Shown here: piece by piece, positions 32,296 to 38,210 of the stretch | How the letters are laid out: every line of letters begins with the position of its first letter | Position numbering within the stretch: the stretch's first letter is position 1 | NCBI RefSeq assembly: GCF_001194135.2 | Contig: NC_068982.1 | Location: 63,847,090 to 63,885,299, forward strand | From: Octopus bimaculoides | Taxonomy: Eukaryota | DNA length: 38,210 nucleotides | Reading direction: 5' to 3' | Position numbers and translations under genes: made by a program | The notes under the pieces: model-generated | What the model was told of the DNA's origin: nothing | Database searches by the model: none | What the model saw: only the letters and a program-made list of their open reading frames with translations

Positions 32296-33170
32296 TTAGG
32301 TCGGGGCATAAATAATTGCAGTTTTTGTTATTTTACACTTTGATTAGTACTTTTGAATAAAATATTATCTAATTATGTCCATGCAATATACTCTCATGAA
32401 GTGCAGATTTCGGTCTGTTAGTTTATGTTGATGGTTTGCTTTTCATTGTTTATTGTTTTTTTTCATTTTAGACTATCAAATTAAAGATGGTAAAATAACA
32501 AATCATTCAATTTATTGTATGTGTTTAAAACGGAACACAAAGTAGCAGAAACTATTCACAATATCAACAAAGTATTGATTCCAAAAGTTTCCTAGCAGAG
32601 ACGAATGATAAAGATGGTTTCAGACGACCTTCTGTGATGATAACATCGCATGTGGGTCATTGCAGAAGCGATCCCACGCAAACAACTTCTTGGTTGCTGA
32701 AGAACTAGGCGTTGACAGTCAACAGTTGTTCCATATTTGCATCATCGTAGAAAGTACAAAAAAGGCTCGACAAAAAGGTGCCGCTCGCACTGAATGAACT
32801 TCTTTTTTATTCGCCACCGTTGCATTTTCTACGCTTCTTTTGCGCGACAAAAGCTACACTGTGACATGTAACGAACATTGCTTATACACAATTGATGGTA
32901 TTCTGCGTATGGCTGAACCAAGGTTAAGTACCAAAACATTTTCTCAAACTGAAGCTGCACCAAAAGAAGATTGTAGACACTATTTGGTAATCGGCAAGTG
33001 GAATCATTCACAACTGTTTCTTAAGCCCCGACGAACCCATCACTGCAGAGAAATATTTCCAGATATTTGATAAAATATACCAAAATATACAAGAATTACA
33101 AAGTTTGCGTCTAGTATTGATCAATCAGAATAAAAAAGCATATCTCCTAAATGACTCTGCCATGCTAAAG
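32296..33170 (+). mobile_element. Decayed mariner (Hsmar1-like) fragment
   Basis: TA|TTAGGTCGGGGCATAAATAATTGCAGTTTTT TIR-like start. LKLHQKKIVDTIW*SASGIIHNCFLKPDEPITAEKY at about 32945-33060 matches the mariner catalytic region. Confidence 0.7.
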
Positions 33171-33218
33171 TTTAAAAGGACTGTCGATAGAATAAAATCA
33201 ATCTTATTTTGGACGCTT

Positions 33219-33267
33219 TTATTTATTTTGAATGCTTTATTTATTTATTTATTTATTTATTTATTTT
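33219..33267. repeat. (TTTA)n repeat
   Basis: Read directly from the sequence. Confidence 0.9.
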
Positions 33268-33269
33268 AG

Positions 33270-34310
33270 CTCCAGTTCAAACGTATCACTTAGTTCTTTG
33301 GAGACTTTTCACATTTGCTATAGTTTCTTTTTGAAAGTGTCATATTTTTTAGATAGGCTTCTTACTTGAAATCTCTTTTCAGTGGCTGTCCTAAGTTACA
33401 AGGGTGCTCTTTTCTGACAAAATTTTCGTGGGTAATTTTAAGAGAGTTTGATACCATTTCGTATTTATTTTGATCACTTTGCTCTGATTTCAACTTCAGT
33501 AATGCATAAACTACGTATTCACTCATTGTTAGTCAGTGTAGTCCAGTGACATTGTAGATTACTGTTGACTGAAGTTTATTTACATACAGTCAAAGGCGAA
33601 CCTCAATGGACACGATTCGAAGATCTGAATAAAACACTGAAAATCTCTTGTAGGTTTCCCAGCTCATCATGATATTCATCCAATTTCAGTTTGTGAATAA
33701 ATTATCAAGTTGAGCTTTTGTATCATTTGGAGAATTCTATGTCCATAAATTACCATTCTTTTCCTGGAAATTTGCACTTAAGTACGACAGTCCATTCCTG
33801 TCGAAGTTGTCCGTTTCTGTTAGTTTAAGAGTGAAATGTATATTTGAAATTTTTGCTACATCCAGATCGCGCCTTCATGTCTCCTCCCATGACCAACACA
33901 TTATACTTCGGTATTTGTCAAGAGTGTGAGAAGAATTCCTGTCAGAAATCTGCAACTTTATTTTTGACAAATACATTATTTGAATCATAACAGATCACTT
34001 TAGTGCAAGACTTCTGTTAAAAATAGCAATTATCAGTCTAGAAACTTTTCTATGCTATTTAATGTCTTGTATGTTCGTGGATTGAGAAGTAATATCTACT
34101 TCGCCATTGTCGCATTAATAGAATTTTCATGCGGAGGTTGACTTCAAAGCCCAACCATTGAGGACTAATTTATTATGAAAAAGTATGTGTTTTCGAATAC
34201 ATGTAGTATCAATGTTGAAAGCAACTGCTCCAGTTACTAATTCAGGAAGTTGATTGACTAGATTCAGAGTGCAAAAATTGAAAGCTGAAAATATCAGAAG
34301 ATGTTTACAT
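33270..34310 (-). mobile_element. RTE-type LINE fragment carrying only the AP-endonuclease region, decayed
   Basis: Minus strand gives FNFCTLN..QLPEL, NSINAT, TLNSIEK, YNVLVMGGDMKAR, TNRNG, SPNDTKAQLDNLF and SDLRIV, the ordered APE motifs (FNxxTL, GDxNA, QLDY, SDH). Confidence 0.75.
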
Positions 34311-35590
34311 TTAGGTAATCAAGATTTGACTTTTGGGTGCTGTAGCTGGTTTTTCGAATGCCTTTACGGAAGCCGAAACTAAAACCACGTGACGAGTGAT
34401 ACGAGTTGGTCGTCTCGATAGTGTTAATGCCATGCTAAATTTTTCTGTGGATGGATGACATTTATGATCACCAGTTATATAGATGTTAGCTACAGTTTGT
34501 ATTCGGAAGTGGATGAGCTACAAAATTCACCTTGTTAATGTCATCGACGTAATTCCAACTTCCAGCATCATGCTAGTTTCACCATTGATTATTGCTAACT
34601 GATTCCTTAGCCAAAATTGAACATCGGCTGTACTGCTTCCCAATGTTTCTAATGATGATTTTCATTTAGTCTAATCCATTGCTTCAGACCTGCCCGGTTT
34701 GGTTATACCTGCTTGGAGTAAAACTCCCGCCAGTAAAGCTGTTTGAGTCGTGAAGATATACAAACCCCACTACCTCAATTGAAACGAGAATCAGTGGCAG
34801 GAAGTTATGGTTTATTTCGTTTATTATGATTATTTCAACTTCAAGAACGAGGAAACCACAGCTATGTTGTTTCATTTGGAGGCTCCGAGTCCTGAGAAAT
34901 GTCCCGTCCAGTATAAACATGGACATTCTCCAAGAGGGTCTTCTCTATTCACTTGAAGTACTCAACTGTCGCCTTTGTGACAACCGTTTGCAGGAAAACT
35001 GAACTTTCATTTTGCTGCCACCAACGGGCTTCTGCCAGTTTTGTACCTTTGGTCGTTAATATGATCTTACTGGAATTCGTTGATAAAACATCAGCCTATC
35101 ATGCTAGATTTGCCTCCGATTTAGCTGCAGAAAACCAACACCATGATACCAATGACACCGTGTATTCGAGACCACCTTATAAAAATTCTCTTCGTTTGAA
35201 ATCCAATATCAGTCCGCCTTATCTAGAAACTGTGATCGCTTTAACACATTAAATAATCAAGAAAGAATATTCATCTATTTACTTTGTCTATAGAACTTCA
35301 AGTAATGCATCTCTAAGAATCCATGGCCATGATGTTGACAGGTCCAGCACATTCAGCTTCACCAAGCCCTCAACCTGCTAAGAAAAGTTGGCAGAAGCAC
35401 TACATATTTGATGAATGTATTATGATCATTCCATGAACATAGCTTACTCAGGGATCTCTCTGTTATATATATATATTTTCCCCCTAGATACATTATGTGA
35501 GAATTTGGTCAGTCAGTTGTGATTTCTCTATGAAACCATATCATTAATTAAGAAACTTTATGTAAATAAAAGCATGCATATAAATATTAA

Positions 35591-35780
35591 TTCCACATTT
35601 TGGTACAAGGCCAGCAATTTCGCGTGAGGAAGTAAGCCGATTACATCGACCCCTGCGCTCAACTAGTACTTATTTTATCGACACCGAAAGCAAAGTCGAA
35701 CTCGGCGAAATTGGAACTTAGGGCAGATGGAATGCCGCAAAGCAGTTTACTCGGCTTGCTAACGATTCTGCCAGCTCGCC
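35591..35780 (-). mobile_element. SINE family A, tail type 3
   Basis: Reverse-complement head GGCGAGCTGGCAGAATCGTTAGC and tail GAAATTGCTGGCCTTGTACCAAAATGTGGA. Confidence 0.85.
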
Positions 35781-36156
35781 ACTTTCCAAACATCGTAGCT
35801 TAAAAATCAAATGACATTTTGTCAGGCGCTCTAATGATTCCACCAATCTACTGCCAACATACGTATAGATATTAAAATCGAAAGACAAAACACATACGTA
35901 CGCACATACACGTACATACATATCCACATACATACACAAATATTTATACACTCACACATATAACTATGCACAAACTATTGGACAGTTGTATACAGACAAC
36001 GTATATACACCCACTAAATACGTATATCTTTTTATATTTGCATCCAAACATTGCTGCAAACAAAATATCTATGCATAAAAACAAAACTGTAAACGGTACA
36101 TCTTAAATAAAAATATGCGATATAGCAAATGGTATCTGCAAAGTACATGATAATAA

Positions 36157-36339
36157 TTTCTACTATAGACACAAGACCTAAAATTTTGTGGGAGGAGAAT
36201 GGTCGACTACACTAGTACTTATTTTATCGACCTTGAAAGAGAATGAAAGGTGAAATCAGCCTCCGCAGAATTTAAACTCAGAAAGTAAAGACAAATGAAA
36301 AGCCGTCCGGCGTCATAACGATTCTGTCAACATGCCGCC
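36157..36339 (-). mobile_element. SINE family A, tail type 2
   Basis: Same motifs as the other copies, with an internal deletion. Confidence 0.8.
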
Positions 36340-36595
36340 TTTAAGTACACAATCATTTTGCTACATACAATGCAACACAATGTAGCAAAGAGATGAAAGT
36401 GTGATTGAGCACTTAATAACTGACCAATTCAGTGGAATACATAAAAAACAATCGATTAAACCATCATATGTAGAGGAGGTTGAGTGGATAACGCAACAGG
36501 AAATTACTAAATGTGAAGCATATCGACATTTATATCATTAATGTTATTGATTAATTTAATATCGATGCAATAATATAACATCTTAACTATAATAA

Positions 36596-36785
36596 TCCTT
36601 TCTACTACAGGCACAAGACCTGCAATTTTGGAGGAGGGGGCTGGTCGATTACATCGACCAGTACTTGACTGGTACTTATTTTATTGACCCATAAAGGGTG
36701 AAAGGCAAAGTCGACCTCGGCGGAATTTGAACTCGGAACGTAAAGACGGACGAAATGTCACAAACGGTTCCGCCAGTTCGCTGCC
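36596..36785 (-). mobile_element. SINE family A, tail type 2
   Basis: GGCAAAGTCGACCTCGGCGGAATTTGAACTCGGAACG; head partly deleted. Confidence 0.85.
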
Positions 36786-37119
36786 TTAATCTTAATCATA
36801 ATAATAATTTCTTCGTTCTCGTTAATAATTAAAATTTCAAGTCAATCTGTTTGCATTAGATTATAACTTCGTTTTTTTTTGTTTTTTTTTAATAAACTGC
36901 CATTGCATTTGGACTTTCAAGTGCTTCACATGTACATAAATGACATTCCTGCCTTTTTCCATTTTGCTGAATTATAATAATCCATTCTCTCTTAAAATCT
37001 ATGCTCTAAGATTTTAGATTAAATATATGCTCTGTGTGAGACGGTGAGTATCTAAGCCTAGAGTTAGAAAATTAGTAACACTGTACGTAAAAGTGTTTAT
37101 AAAACAATAACTTTTCAAC

Positions 37120-37520
37120 TCTATGTAATATTTACGCCCGTTATGGATTTGCAAACAATGTTCTCACGCAATCATTTCCAATTAGTGCTAAAATAACTCC
37201 TGATCGATCTATAAGTACATCCACTCAAGTTGTGTGCTATAGTGAGTTTGTTCACACGAGGTACATTAGAATCCGAAAATATGGCCAATGATTTTATTTC
37301 TATTTATTGTATCAGTTCACAAACCGGAAACTTAAAAGTGTTCTATTACTTATAGTATTGTCCCTATTTGGTTGACAACTATTAGATGCTGCAACTATAG
37401 CATCCAGGTTCGGGGCTACGGAACGAGGAAGATCTTGTAGTAAAGTTCTTAAAATTTCTGAAGAAAATTTTTGGCACGTGTTTCACCTGTACAGCATACG
37501 GCGGATTATACTAGATAATG
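37120..37520 (-). mobile_element. Penelope-like element remnant
   Basis: Minus strand YNPPYAVQVK.HVPKIFF..YSC and, downstream, LRENIVCKSIT resemble the Penelope FNPPY..NVGKxF..SYSC and CLxxNIVYKA motifs. Confidence 0.45.
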
Positions 37521-38185
37521 TTTCTACCGTTTTTCTATGACTGAATTTAGGTAAAATATCGTTTGCAGAGTTACTATTTATCAAACAAAAAGGCTTTTAA
37601 GATTTCTCATATTTATTATTTCCGCTTCCTTGGAGCGAGATGCATACATCTACAAACCATTTCTCAATTCCAGTGAAAGGCTTAGTCATATAAATAAGTA
37701 GTCTTACCATCATTATTTGCATTTGCTGAAATTTTCTGATCTGGAATTCTAGGATCTAAAATGGATATGCGATCTTTAAGCTACGCATAACTTGCATCTT
37801 TTTATCCATTAACATATACTATGGAATTTTCTACGATTTTCTACTTGATATGTGGTGTGGAGTTGGTCTTCAAACCCCATACGTGCTTAACCAACTTAGT
37901 GATTTTAATTTTCTCCATGTGCCGGAAAAAAGATAGGTGGTTAGCATAACTCTTCGCATAACCAGATGTAATTCTACTTCTCAATTAGGTTATCATGTAG
38001 CGTTGCTGTAATTTCTATCTCATACATGACTGAGTTTATTATCATGCACCCTGATCGAGTGGACAAGTTCCAGAGTCTCGTCAGTTAAAACTGGGAGTAG
38101 TCTCTTCGTGGTGTTTACTGGAGCTGCAGCTATTTGATAATTTAATTGAGCGTCTATTATACATTAATATCTATTAAATATCTTC

Positions 38186-38210
38186 ACATATATATATATA
38201 TATATATATA
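38186..38210. repeat. (TA)n microsatellite at the window end
   Basis: Read directly from the sequence. Confidence 0.95.

Overview
Eukaryotic, AT-rich, microsatellite-dense draft-assembly DNA with three N-gaps (2438-2552, 4118-4369, 16308-16317). The SINE families, microsatellite load and LINE types look like an octopus or coleoid cephalopod genome; this is recognition from memory, not a search. One host gene is well supported: a calcyphosin-like four-EF-hand protein on the + strand, coded by two exons (4685-5048 and 28853-29091, 200 aa) joined by a 23.8 kb phase-1 GT-AG intron. Most of the rest is decayed mobile DNA: two tRNA-derived SINE families (about 15 copies), several Tc1/mariner relics (Hsmar1-like, irritans-like, DD37D/maT, Tc1), three R4/Dong-like restriction-endonuclease LINE segments, two RTE LINE segments, Helitron and Penelope-like remnants, and a candidate solo LTR. 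The most notable observation is a 1.6 kb retroelement (19053-20627) bounded by a 20 bp target-site duplication. It encodes only a CCHC gag-like ORF1, has no endonuclease or RT, and shares its 3' tail with the SINE at 73-303, suggesting a LINE / ORF1-only element / SINE trio. Other oddities are a 92 bp perfect foldback enclosing telomeric repeats, a mariner built from two left ends, and an RTE ORF ending in three C2H2 fingers. Repeat boundaries were placed by eye and may be off by some bases.
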